A DNA stretch of 64,000 nucleotides from the human T2T-CHM13v2.0 reference genome, Homo sapiens. Shown here in pieces: positions 29,421 to 41,950 of this stretch. The notes beneath the pieces were generated by a model, which saw only the letters and a program-made list of their open reading frames with translations, ran no database searches and was not told where the DNA came from. The stretch is taken from assembly GCF_009914755.1 (NCBI RefSeq), contig NC_060926.1, one strand, 5' to 3'. Numbering within the stretch: position 1 is the first letter of the stretch; each line of letters begins with the position of its first letter. The position numbers were made by a program, and so were the translations under genes.

Positions 29421-29649
29421 ATTAATATTACTTCAGTTCCCACTTGAAGAAACACTGGCCTTCCCATATCCATTGATCACATGACACAGGATTTCCTCTG
29501 AGAAGATATCGAGGTTTGCTGAAATTGTTGAGGGACAAATAACTCATGAAACAATCTGAAGTACCTAAATGAAGGCATCTATGAACAGGCTGGTACCAAT
29601 CACTTATTGTCTACTCTTTGGCTTAGCCCTTTATTCCTTCTGTTTAGAG

Positions 29650-29819
29650 ATTACTTCAGAATCCAAAAAAAGGATGAATTGCTTTATTCACAGAGTGGAA
29701 TACTATACAGATATTTAAAAAGCATTTTCTTTAAGAAGTCACTTACATATAAATTCTTTTTTCAGAGGCTGCTTCTGAAGCCTGACCGAAGAGAGTCTAT
29801 CTAAAAGCCTGAGCCAAGA
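29650..29819. repeat. Composite local duplication: direct copy of 28483-28554 fused to inverted copy of 27928-28025
   Basis: Manual alignment. The 73-bp direct part has 5 substitutions and 1 indel; the 98-bp inverted part has 4 mismatches. Confidence 0.92.
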
Positions 29820-30781
29820 CTTGCCATAGCCTGAAAGAACTGCACCCTTCACCTCATCTTTGAACTTTAATCACATTAATTTTATTACTTCTGCTAACTT
29901 CCACTCATGGGAAATGGACTTGTATGTTTTCTATTATTTTAAAACCAAGTAAGAGACACAGTGTCTGTATACACATGGTGATAGAATGTGTAAAAGCCTG
30001 ACTAGGATCCACCCTTTTCCTAATGTTTCCACCTGAATGTTCAATAGCAACGTCCTCTGTGAACGTAACTACCCTAACTCACATCTGGGTTAATTCTTCT
30101 TTTCCATCTTCCTTCCTATGGGTATCATTGTCTTGAGTTTTCATGAAACTAGATTTTCAGACAACAAATAACTCTATCTAGAAAAGACAATTAAAAAAGA
30201 TGTCCTTAAAATGAATTCCTAAATCTGATTAAATCTATTATCAACCCAATTGGTGTCTGCAGCCCAAATTCAAGGTAATAGAATTAATAATTGGTCTACC
30301 TTTACATTCATGACCGCTAGTTTCAAATTACCCCTCAAGTCTACCCAAAAGTACTCCTCTTCAAAATCATTATTTTACATTTCTTCATCTCTCTCCAAAT
30401 GCCCAAGACCTCCTTAGCTTGCTCCTTGAATCACTGGAAGAAAAATAAAAGCAACCAAATAATTGTCAAATCTCTCAAATGACTTGGATCTACAACCATT
30501 CTCTCTGACTTACCTCCAATTACAACAGTTCTCTAGTCCTTCTTTAAAGAGCAACTCCTTTACTTTTGTCCTGGATTCCACCCTTATCTGTCTTTATAAG
30601 AACTATTTTATTCAGTTATCACCTCTAATTTGTTGCATTATTAATTTATTTCTCTTTAATGGTTCATGCCCTTCAGTATACAAAATTGCTCCTGTAACTT
30701 CCTAACGAAGAGAGAATTCCCTAACATTTTTTGCTCTCATTCTATGTCCCATGTCCCTGCTCTCCTTCACAACAAAATCTA

Positions 30782-31942
30782 TTTTTTTTACTTTTATTTT
30801 AGGTTCAGTGGTACATGTATAGGTTTGTTATACAGCTAAGTTGTGTATCACAAAGGTTTGGAATACAGATTATTTCATCACCAGGTAGTAAGCGTAGTCA
30901 CTCATAGATAGTTTTTCGATCCTCATCCTACTCCTACCCTCCACCTTCAAGTAGACCTTGGTTTCTATCATTCCCTTGTGTTCCTGTGAACTCAGTGTTT
31001 AGCTTCCCCTTATAAGTAAGAACATGCATTATTTGCTTTACTTTTCCTGCATTAGTTCACTTACAATAATGGAACTAGCTGTATCCATGTTGCTGTAAAG
31101 GACATGATCTCATTCTTTTTATGGCTGTGTAATATTCCATGGTGCATATGTGGCACATTTTCTTTATTTAGTCTACCATTGATGGGCATGTAGGCTAATT
31201 CCATGTGTTTTCTTTGTGAATCATGCTACAATTGACATACATATGCATGTGCCTTTATGGTAGAATGATTTATATTCCTTGGGGTATATACCCAATAATG
31301 GGATTGCTGGGTTCCATGTTAATTCTGTTTTATATTCTTTGACAAATCACCAAACTGCTTTCCACAATGGCTGAACTAATTTATTAGTCGACTAATAAAT
31401 TAGATAACTAATTTATTAGTCGACTAATAAATTAGATAACTAATTCAAATAAATTAGATAACTAATTTCCACCTGCAGTGTATAAACATTCCCTTTTCTC
31501 TGCAGCCTTGCCAGCGTCTTTTATTCTTTGACTTTTTAGTAATAGCCATTCTGACTGGTGGGAGAGGGTATCTCATTGTAATTTTGATTTGCATTTCTAA
31601 TGATTAGTGATGTTTAGAATTTTTTCATGAGCTTTTTGTGTGTACGTATGTCTTCTTTTGAAAAGTGTCTGTTCATGTCTTTTGCCTACTTTCTAATGGG
31701 GTTGTTTTTTGCTTGTAAATTTGTTTAAGTTCCTTATAGATTCTGGATACTAGTGCTTTGTCAGATGTGTGATTTGCAAAAATTTTCTCCCATTCTGTAA
31801 GTTGTCCATTTACTCTGTTGATGGTTTCTTTTGCTGTGCAGAAGCTCTTTATTTTCTCACACCATATTCAAAAATCAACTCAAGATGGATTAAATACTAA
31901 AATGTAGAACCTAAAACTATAAAAATCCTGGAAGAAAGCCTA
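30782..31942 (-). mobile_element. L1PA13/14-like 3' fragment with 5' inversion
   Basis: Reverse L1 3'UTR/ORF2 from 30782 to about 31850, then sense-strand L1 ORF2 (CACCATATTCAAAAATCAACTCAAGATGGATTAAA...GAAAGCCTA) at about 31855-31942. Confidence 0.9.
31376..31468. repeat. Tandem 32-bp units each containing the 28-bp perfect palindrome CTAATTTATTAGTCGACTAATAAATTAG
   Basis: Palindromes at 31376-31403 and 31408-31435, then a partial third unit. Replaces a few bases of the L1 at ACTAATTTA. Confidence 0.95.
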
Positions 31943-32616
31943 AAAATATTGTTGAAGAAGTTTTTGCACTAGATGTTTCTACTCCTTCACATCCCTTTCT
32001 CTTATTAATCCATCCAGCAGGGTTTATAAGCCAACCATTTCAGTGATGCTGCTTTTACCGTGGCCCATAGCAATCCACATCCTGTCACATCCATGTCCTT
32101 ATCCAATCTTTCAGCACCATTCAAAGAAAGTATAACACTCTTCTTTCTTGAAACATTTGAGACATTTTCTTGTCTTCCAAAACCACACAGTTTTCCTCCT
32201 TACAACAGTGTCTTATGCAATTTCTCCTCCAGAGATCAATTTCAAATATTAGAATAACCCAGGGCATGTCTCAGTTCCATTCTCTTCCCTTAGTCATGTT
32301 ACTGTTCTGTGGTTAGGTCTTGTGGGGCATATTTAAGGACAAACGTAGAAGCAGAAAGAATATGAGCAATTTTTTCATGTAGGTCTTATCTAGATCTAAT
32401 TATTTCACTCATAACATTTCATAACATAGATTTCCTCACATAGCATTTCATTCTTTATTCTAGGATACTTGTGCAGCATGAAATATACATGATTGCACAG
32501 TATAATTATAAAATAAAAGGTTTTGAAAAGCTTAGTTCTATATACAGATGCTAAGAACATTACATAAGAGCAGAAGCAGACAAGATATTTTTATTTTTAA
32601 AAGGACAAATTCTTAC

Positions 32617-32671
32617 CTTTTGAGACTCATAGGACAGTGGATTTCTCCATATTGGAGGATGACTATATATC
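32617..32671 (-). other. Candidate 55-nt exon (an alternative upstream acceptor at 32726 gives 110 nt)
   Basis: Minus strand tgCTAATatatctttactgtgttag|GATATA...CAAAAG|gtaaga. Strong donor and branch-point motif; two frames are open. Confidence 0.5.
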
Positions 32672-32886
32672 CTAACACAGTAAAGATATATTAGCATCAT
32701 TTGATGAACAAGGGAAAATGTTTAACCTGAAAAGTAGACAAAATACTGTTAAAAATAGGCATTCTATGTATTCTTCTTCCTCTCTTCTGATTTCAAGCAA
32801 GATAATGACAAATCCTTAAATTATTTATCATTGAGGGCTGGGTTCTCTTTTTCTTCTGTATTTAGCTCTGTTCTGCTCTTAGAAAA

Positions 32887-32946
32887 GAGTGAGAGAGAGA
32901 GAGAGTGTGTGTGTGTGTGGTGTATATGTGTGAAAGAGAAGGAGAG
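32887..32946. repeat. (GA)n(GT)n microsatellite
   Basis: Directly visible. Confidence 0.85.
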
Positions 32947-33772
32947 AATTTGATTTGGCATTATTGCCAATCAGTTAAAGAACACGGACATTCATTATTG
33001 AAGCTGAGTGAGAAGCATTCTTTCTTGCTTTTTTTTTTTAAAAAAATCTCTGATTCCTCCTAGTTCTTCCTGTGCCTAATCTCTTGCCTTCCTTTGTCAG
33101 TTTTACAAAGCTTATTTATTCAAAGCAGGGAAAAGGGTTGACCTTTCTCTCAATCCTCCCAATTCCTACTTAAGTCAAACCAATGCAAGAAACACATGGA
33201 TGAGCTGGCAAGTGTGGAAGGAATGATGTGAGCCTACCAAATGAAAAAGGCAGAGACCATTTTGGAGATCACAGAACTGTTCCCATGAAACAAGGATCAG
33301 ATAAACTCTACTGATTCCCTGGATGATATTTTTCTTACTCAAAATGATGAGCGTACTTTATCTTGGGATGCCTCAGGCAGCACAAGTGCTCTTATTCTTT
33401 CTAGGCTTTCTAAAACTTTTGCATCCATAAGTACTTATGTTCATACATTCCCATTTTCCATTCAATCCTGCTAATAAAACACATCTTTACTGGTATGGCT
33501 TTAGTGGTTCCTATTTTTTCTTTCTCTCATTAGAATGAAAGGCTTTTAGAGATATGTCTGATATTTCAGGGGTCTGGCTTTGGTAAGCATCTTCTTTATA
33601 GTGTCTTGGGTTGATTGGAAGCTGCATATTAAGCTTATTTGTGACCTCAAAAAGAAAAAGAAAAATAAGGCTCAGGATTGCCTTAAAATATCCATTTAGA
33701 ACAATAGTCCTGGCAATTGTGGCTCTACACCTGTTCAGGAAGTGCTGAAAACTAGAGAGATCATCCCACACT

Positions 33773-34480
33773 TGAAAGTGCCTTTGCAAAATTATAACTG
33801 AGGAAATTATGACAGTGAAAGAAATCAGATCTAACCAACTCTATCTTGCTTCTAACCCTTAAGCTGTCTTTGTCCATTCCTGGGCATAGGCTGAACTAAC
33901 TCTGGGAAGGAACGCAGCTCATGTTTTGACTCTGAAACAAAACTGATAATAGACCTTTCCCGAAAAGACCCCCTTCTTGCCTGGGGTCCAGTTTGCGTTT
34001 GTCAGACTAACAAATTAGCTACCAACTTAGAAATTACAATTTCAGGGTCATGCAGCCTCTGGCTCCAAGAGTCTGGACCTCCCCAAATTGTTCCTGGGGA
34101 TAACATCACTATCGTAAAACTTATTATCAGTGCTTGAGACATTTTGCAAACCCTGCAGCTGACACCAGTAATCTGGCTCAACTAATTCTTCCATCCTACC
34201 CAGGAAACAGATGACAGCAAGAAAACCTCATTGCAACCCCCGATGATTCCATCTCAAACCTGACCAATCAGTACTCCTCAGTTCCTACGCCACTATCTGC
34301 CAAATTATCTTTAAAAACTTTAATTCCAGAATGCTTGGGGAGCTGATTTGATTAATAATAAAACTCCAGTCTCCCACACAGTTGGCTCTTCATGAATTAC
34401 TCTTTCGCCATTGCAATTCTCGTCTTGTTAAATTGGCTCTATCTAGGCAGTGGGAAAGATGAACCCATTGAGCAGTTACA
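33773..34480 (+). mobile_element. LTR8-family solo LTR (ERV1)
   Basis: Starts TGAAAGTGCCTTTGCAAAATTAT and ends TGAACCCATTGAGCAGTTACA. Perfect 4-bp TSD CACT at 33769-33772 and 34481-34484. Confidence 0.9.
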
Positions 34481-34484
34481 CACT

Positions 34485-34730
34485 TAGCTGCCCACAGGAG
34501 CAATGAGTGGGCCAGAGGGGTAAGGGCATATGTGTATGTGCTATGAGTGCTGATGACCAGGGCCTGGTGGAGGACACAGGCCTAGCTCCAGGGGACAGCA
34601 GCTACTCAGTACCAGTCAATTGTCATAATTAGAAATGCAGGCCCAGGTTGTCTTCTGCTCACATTTTTAAAAAGAAAAAGAAATATGAAATTTTCCATCA
34701 AAACTCCTGATAAAAAAAAGAATTAGCTTA
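34485..34730. mobile_element. MER102-like hAT-Charlie relic
   Basis: CAGCTACTCAGTACCAGTCAATTGTC...AATGCAGGCCCAG...ATTTTTAAAAAGAA resembles the MER102 core. Confidence 0.45.
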
Positions 34731-34779
34731 CATTCAATTCACTATAAGTCAGTTGAGAAGTGAGATCTTAGTTTTTCTT

Positions 34780-36056
<1,277 letters not shown>

Positions 36057-36332
36057 TGAGATCTTAGTTTTTCTTATTAACATGATGAATACTTTCTCAA
36101 TAATTGAGCAAAAATAATCTAGCTAGAAGTCTAACATATGTAAGTCCAATACACCGGGAATAGAATTATGACATAGAGCTATATGAATTATCTAACAATT
36201 ATTTTAAGAAAAAATGGAGCTCATTTTTGGCCTGGGAATGTTTATTAGAGGAGACAAGACATAAACTCCCTAGATTGAGAGAGAAAAAAATAAAAGTCAG
36301 CTCTGTGCCTCCTTGTCCAAACTCTCTAGGAG

Positions 36333-36549
36333 CAAGAGTTGGGGCATTTTTTTTTTTTTTTTTTTTGTAAAAAGGTTTTTCAGGCCATATGGTCTCTGTT
36401 GCAACTGCTTAAGTCTGTCACTGTAGCATGAAATCAGCAATGAATAATATGTAAATGAATACGCATGGCTGTATCTCAACAAAACGTTTATTTACGAAAA
36501 CAGGCCTTGCCCACTTTTGGCTCACAGGCTGTAGTTTGCTGACTCCCTA
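36333..36549 (+). mobile_element. MER58A hAT-Charlie MITE
   Basis: GGCCATATGGTCTCTGTTGCAACT...CTGTAGCATGAAA...TTTATTTAC...GTAGTTTGCTGACTCCCT. Confidence 0.85.
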
Positions 36550-39149
36550 CTTTAAAGGAGGGCTGGAGTGCCTCAGTTGGAATTTCAGCTAAGCAGTTTT
36601 CAAAAGGAGGTTTAGTCTTGTGTGTCTGAGTTGCTTAAAGAGAAGGGTGAACACAAACTACAGCCACAGACAGTTCAAGTGAAAACCTGGAGACATCAAG
36701 TCTGACTTTGGGTGTAAAAATTAGGTATATCACAGAAGAAAAGAGGAAAAATATTAGAAACTAAACAAATGTGGGAAAGAAGTAACTAATGAGAAATAGA
36801 GCAATGGATGAGGCAAGAAGAAGTACCTACACTCATTTTGAATAACAAAAGGGATGGAATGTGATCTTCCTAACAGGTCCAAAGAAGCAGACACTGTCTT
36901 TATTCCCTACTATGAATATTATTAGGTTACAACAAGAAATAGTTTCCATTTTTCCATCATCGAAAACAGCTGGCAAAGAAAGGATATTAGATGGAATAGC
37001 AAGCCTGCAGAGATACACAAAGAGAAACAGACAAAAAATTTACAAGTTTTCAACTTTTCATCTGCATTAGTCCCACTTAGAGATGTCTGTGATGCAACTA
37101 ACTAATCATCATATAACATCTAGCGAGAAGTTCTAATCAGGCTTGCTAGGCTATACAAGGTTGATTCCAACTCTAAGTTTATATAGCAGTTCTCCTTGCT
37201 AAAAAACACCTCTTCTCTGATGGGGCAAGATGGCTGTACTTCCGTGTGTCATGTTGTGTGCTCAACTGATCTGATGGATCAACCAGCTAAAGGAGAATTG
37301 ATTTTATTGCTAGTTTTATATCAATAGTGTTTCAGAGAAGATTTTCATTTCACTTCACCCAAGACACTTTCAGGCATTTAAGCAAAATGCTTTTAGCTAA
37401 ATGCGAATGATATAGAAAATGGCTTTTTTCATGAAATACTCAAAAGACTGTAACTTGTAGTTTCAAGGAGCATTTATTTCCATTTTACTTCTATATCTTC
37501 AGTAGATACTGTACTTAAAATTTGACCCTTGATTCACAGCACTGAACATGGGCTTCAGTGGGTGAAATAAATTAAAATTTTAAGTCCAGGCAAGAGCTCT
37601 TGGGAGAAAAATTGAAGGTCAGATAAGGTCGGGTAGCCTGGACCCCAGAATGAATGATAAAGAACTTAAGGGGACTTAAAAACAAGCTCTGACACATGAC
37701 CACTTGGTATTGCTTGAACAAAGCAGTTGAAGAGGGCATGTGTGATATTTGTTAAAGGAGAAAGTACACATATTGCTGTTGTCATTTAGTGACTAGATGT
37801 TGTGGCCCAGGTGAGTTATAATTGAATATGTATTATTAAAATACACTAACGGACTTTTACTTGTTAGTTAACACATCTGCACAAATGCTATTTATCAACC
37901 ACTGACTTTCTTGGAGATCATCTCTTTCCATTTAAATCCTTTATAAAAGGCATTCTCTACTCTCATCCCAGTTTAATGGGGGAAAAGATGATAAGAAGAC
38001 TAACTTGAAATAGAAATGTAACTTAATATTTCAAAGCCCTTAGGTCTCTGATTAGACCATTACTCTGCACATAATCTCTTACTAAACTAAATTGATTCTT
38101 TTTCAATATAAAAGTAGTACAAAGCCTTTGAATTTTGAACTAGGGAAGTTCTGTGAGCTCTTTGAATTGCAAGCCAGAAAATAGCAAATCTTACTTAATT
38201 AATAAAATAATGAGATAGGGACGAAAAACATGATGTTAAGACACAGTAAGAATTGACTAGAGCTGCATTTTTAGCTGTAAATTTGGTGAGTAGACTTTGC
38301 TTGTGAGACAGGCAACATTAATTACTCTGTTACCATAGCAGATTCTGTATTAAAAAAAAAATTAAACTGCAAAGAAGTAGGAAAGCATCTGTGGGTGCAT
38401 TCCTTTACACCAATAAAATAATTTTATTGAACTCTATTCATGTGCCTACTTAGAATTTAAATTCAGGAGATCTTATAGGCCTGTATTCATTAAATATTAT
38501 GCACCATTTTATATGGGAATGCTCATAAAAGGGGAATGTGGAACACAATTAGAAGAAATAAATTCAGCATGGCTTTGGCACTCTATAAAATCTCCTTGTC
38601 ACTGTGCGTCTGTAACTGACTCCTTATAACCAGGCACAACCAATACTCAGTGATTGGAGAATTTAAAAGCAGTTTGCTTTTAAAGTCAAAATTCACTATA
38701 TTTCAAAATCTCACTGACAGCCTAGTTTCCATTCAACCACATGATCAAACTGACAAGATATGTATTTTATAGGTTTTTGTCTTTTTTTGGTCCTAGTCAT
38801 GTTGGAAAACTAATATTGGTTACTGAATCTCAATTTTACTCCTAGCATGATAGTATCCTTGCCCTTATGACATTTCCATGACCCCATGTCCTCCTCAACT
38901 GAAGCCAAGCTTTTTCTTGTTCCACTTGTCTATTCCCCTACATCTGAACCTCAGTCCCTTTATCAGGTCATCTGCAGTCAGATACCCTTATCACAAACTG
39001 CCTGTTACCAAGATTTTTAGATTCTGTGCTTGATCAGGTCTTTCTGTTCTCACCAGATCCCTTACTTCTTCCCTTGATGCCCAATTTAAAAAACATTTTG
39101 GCCACTGTCAAATGTCGACAAAATATAACTTGATCTATTTTCAGCCACC

Positions 39150-39680
39150 ACGTCATTTTTAAATTGTATTCTTTCTCAATGTGCATATAAACACACTATA
39201 CCAATTCCTTCCTTACACAGTTGATCATTCCTTCTTCACTGCCATTGCTGCCTCTTGTTCCTTCTTTCACAGAACAAATATAAATCCCCTCAAGATTGTC
39301 TCTTCAATCCTCTGCTATTTCCTTTCTACATACTTCCCCTTAGACACCTCAGCTACTCCTATGGTTACAGCTGTCATCACTGGCAACTGACACCCACGTC
39401 AACATCTATTTACCATCATTTTCCTTAGGCACCCAGACTCAACGTTGAGCATCATTTTACATTTGCCAACTACTTTAAATTATCAGTAAGACCCATTTAT
39501 TTCCTCTCACATTGTTTATTTACTCCTTTAGTGAAGACTTTAATATGGGTTTTTATTAACTCATAACTATATATTTACCTTAAACTGCTATTTTCTCACC
39601 TCTCATCTTCTTATATACTACCACAGAGTAAATCTTGCTAAAATTATCTGACTAAAGCTTCAATAGCTGCCCATTAATTT
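39150..39680 (+). mobile_element. Decayed L2 relic
   Basis: Pyrimidine-rich L2-type motifs (TTGATCATTCCTTC..., ACTCCTATGGTT..., ATACTACCACAGAG). Confidence 0.4.
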
Positions 39681-41950
39681 ATAACAGCATTTACCAAAAA
39701 ACGGGACACGTAACACTGGTTACAATGGAAAAAAGTAATTGGTTTTAATAGTTAAGTATTTTGTTCATAAGAAGTTTAATCATCACCTTAAACAATGATT
39801 TTATGGCTAATATTGCACAAGATGACTACAACATTTTTTTAATGAGCCAATTTAAAGAATGACTAAGTACAAAACAGTAGAAAAGCATGGCCAAAAAAAT
39901 TGAGGTAATATTGACCCATTGAATAAAATCCGTCTGACTCAGTCTCCTCTACTATTTTCCGTTTTCAATCTTGCTTCCCACGATTTGACCACAGACATGT
40001 TCTCTTCTCAATAATCAATTTAGTGTTCTTTGAACATGGCATGTGCCATTTCATCATGCCAGTGAGGTTGCCACAGAGCAGTAGGACAGTAAACATAAGA
40101 AGTTCAAGGATAAATGTTTTAAGATTGTAAGTCCTCAGAAACAGGGCTCAAAGTAAAAGACGAAAGGGATGGAATAGGATATCAAGCTGGTGAGGCCAGC
40201 CAATAACACACACACGAATCAGTGAGCAAGGCTGTAAGCAAGAAGTTTCTAAACTGAATTACAGAGTGTGGTACCAGTTACAGTGAACACTCAAAATAAT
40301 CATTCGACATGAAAATCTATTAATGCTTGGAATTCAGCAGAATTTAGGCCTAGCTTTTTCAAGACTCCAAATTCCCTTAGATTTTTCTATATCTGTGACT
40401 TGGCCCTGTTATTTTCTCAGCCTCTAGTTCCCCATCTCCTAATATTTAACTTCTAAATGCTACCAGGCTTTGATACGCAGCTCAACTTCTTTTTCTAGGG
40501 TATCTTGTTTGATTAGCCAAACTAGAGTTGATACTTTCCTTATTTGAAATGTTATAGCATTTATTATCATTTCTAATCCTATGTCCTACTCATATCAACA
40601 TGTTCTTCTTTATATCAAAGTGATTTGCATATATAACTTTTTATCTGTTTCTTTGAAAGCTCTTTACAAAGATTAAAAGTTGACTTGTATAAATAAATTC
40701 AGTAGTACCTCACCCATATTTTTTAAATGGCAAATTCTTGATATATAGGCTTTTTTGTTCTAGATCTGTAAGAAAACAGTTTTGCTTATGCAATGCTTAA
40801 TATTTGTTTAATTTGTTTAATATTTAAGCAGAAGCCAACGATATGTCCTGCAATGTTTTGGAGGTTAGTGATGATGGTAAATGACAAAAATAACTGATTT
40901 GTGGGGCAGATGCTTGTGTTAGTGCTATTCAATGACTCCTACTTACAGGAAAGAGGGAGCAATGATAGACAGTTGCCTTCCTTCTTCAAAGAAAGGAATC
41001 TATCCGGATGGATGGATAGATAGGTGATATTTGAGACCATTGTTGTGTATCCAAGGAAATTTACCACATAGCTATTTCAAACCAAGTGGTTTAATAAAGT
41101 TTCCTTATGTAAAACATAACATCTATGTTATTTTATATCTCTAGAGCCACAGGAGATAGGAAGGTAGAATTATCTATCTATATATATTTTAAAAGGAATG
41201 TGGGTACATAAGAAGAGTTTAGTAGGAACATACCTGCATTAATATTACATTTCATCTTCTTATCATGAATGAGTTTGATCCAGATATCTACTATTCTTCC
41301 TGCAGAAATATAAGATGACTCTGATTTTCAATATGTTAGCCTTCCATTTGACCTGTCTGTCATGAGTCATCACTCTAATCCAGATGATTAGACTCAAAAG
41401 GAAAAATATAATTTTTCAAGTTTCCCTCAAGAATTATCTTTCAATAAAGAGAATGAAGATTCCCTTTGAAATAAAACTGCTTTTACAAATGTCAACATTG
41501 GCAATGTATGGGAACATTCCCATAGCTGCTGCTATGCCTACTTCACTGGAAATTCCTTAGGCTTCAATATTGACCCAATCTTTGGTTAAATCTATCAATA
41601 AAAAATCAGCACCTATTAATCTTTCTACTATAGCTAATTATTATAGGTACGTTGAGAAAATTAAAAGTATAAAGATGATATTTCTTTCATATCCTGAATG
41701 AATGACTTTACAAGGTAATAGTAGGAATAAGATATACAATATGAAAGTGAAATTAAAACAAAATTACAATTAAAATTTCAGTGAAATATAACATCTAAAT
41801 ACATGCTAAAATGGGAAACAAATAATATAGACAATAAGTATCATGTGTCAGAGATTCAGAATAAAAACATCAATGTGGCTTGTATATAAAAGCCAATTTT
41901 ATATATCCCCTTAATAAATAATTGATTGTTATCTACTTGTAAAATATAGG

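Larger units (their letters stand above)
30290..32290 (+). mobile_element. L2 internal relic split by an L1 insertion
   Basis: L2-like CTCTCCTTCACAACAAAA before the L1, continuing with L2-like sequence (TCTTTCAGCACCATT..., CTTTCTTGAAACA) after 31945. Confidence 0.55.

Noticed and set aside
27943-29804. Two ORFs sharing the peptide FFKKSLTYKF.FQRLLLKPD
   Set aside because: Explained by the inverted DNA duplication of an LTR end; no sign of paralogous genes.
31376-31468. CRISPR-like reading of the palindromic 32-bp repeats
   Set aside because: No unique spacers, no cas genes, and the repeats sit inside a primate L1.
32951-32973. NFI-like palindrome TTGGC-ATTATT-GCCAA with a CCAAT box
   Set aside because: Spacer is 6 nt rather than the canonical 5, and no other promoter evidence is visible.
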